Of a stretch of 64,000 nucleotides of DNA, positions 63,772 through 64,000 are shown piece by piece (position 1 is the stretch's first letter; the number at the start of each line of letters is the position of its first letter). Position numbers and translations under genes: made by a program. The stretch is taken from assembly GCF_000315625.1 (NCBI RefSeq), contig NW_005434573.1, forward strand, positions 124,001 through 188,000, in the 5' to 3' direction. The DNA is from Guillardia theta CCMP2712. Taxonomy: Eukaryota > Protista > Cryptophyta. The notes beneath the pieces are model-generated. The model searched no databases and was not told the DNA's origin. It saw nothing but the letters and a program-made list of their open reading frames with translations.

Positions 63772-64000
63772 ATGATCAGCCTACACCAAGGTGTTGCGGG
63801 GCGAACTTGATCGGCACACGTCAGGGTGATCTAGTATCTATCGAGGAGAGGCAATGTCTGACTGTCGTCGGACGACCAAAGCGCTCATTGAGACGTTGGA
63901 TGCCGTGACTCCCGTACAACCTCGAGCTCTTGCGGAAGAGAAGGGCAAGCTCAAGTCTCGCCGAACGATCCTGCAGCTCTACGAGGACGCGATAGTTCAT
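63772..64000 (+). CDS. Hypothetical protein, 3'-partial; start uncertain (63772 or 63854)
   Basis: Frame MSDCRRTTKALIETLDAV...LYEDAIVH is open to the window end. Confidence 0.45.

Overview
Eukaryotic nuclear DNA, gene-dense, with many short (~45-60 nt) and microsatellite-expanded spliceosomal introns. The style resembles a cryptophyte such as Guillardia or Hanusia, but that is inference only. Recognisable genes: 3' part of a pseudouridine glycosidase/kinase (PsuG-PsuK) fusion, a single-chain urease, a PMP34-like peroxisomal carrier, a degenerate PAS/LOV protein, a secreted protein with an isochorismatase-like cysteine-hydrolase domain, PP4 regulatory subunit 1, an internally deleted CDC7-like kinase with 72-bp tandem repeats, a divergent class II PRPP synthase, and an A-T-R-SDR NRPS-like enzyme (glycine betaine reductase ATRR type), plus several hypothetical genes. 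The most unusual signal is non-coding. Intergenic DNA shows a recurring order: gene 5' end, then a GGGTA/TACCC-rich block, then a GC-rich block dense in micro-hairpins. Two of the GC-rich blocks share a homologous backbone interrupted by different short insertions, which suggests a localized micro-insertion or fold-back mutational process acting on repeats. All gene models were spliced by eye, so coordinates of hypothetical genes are approximate.
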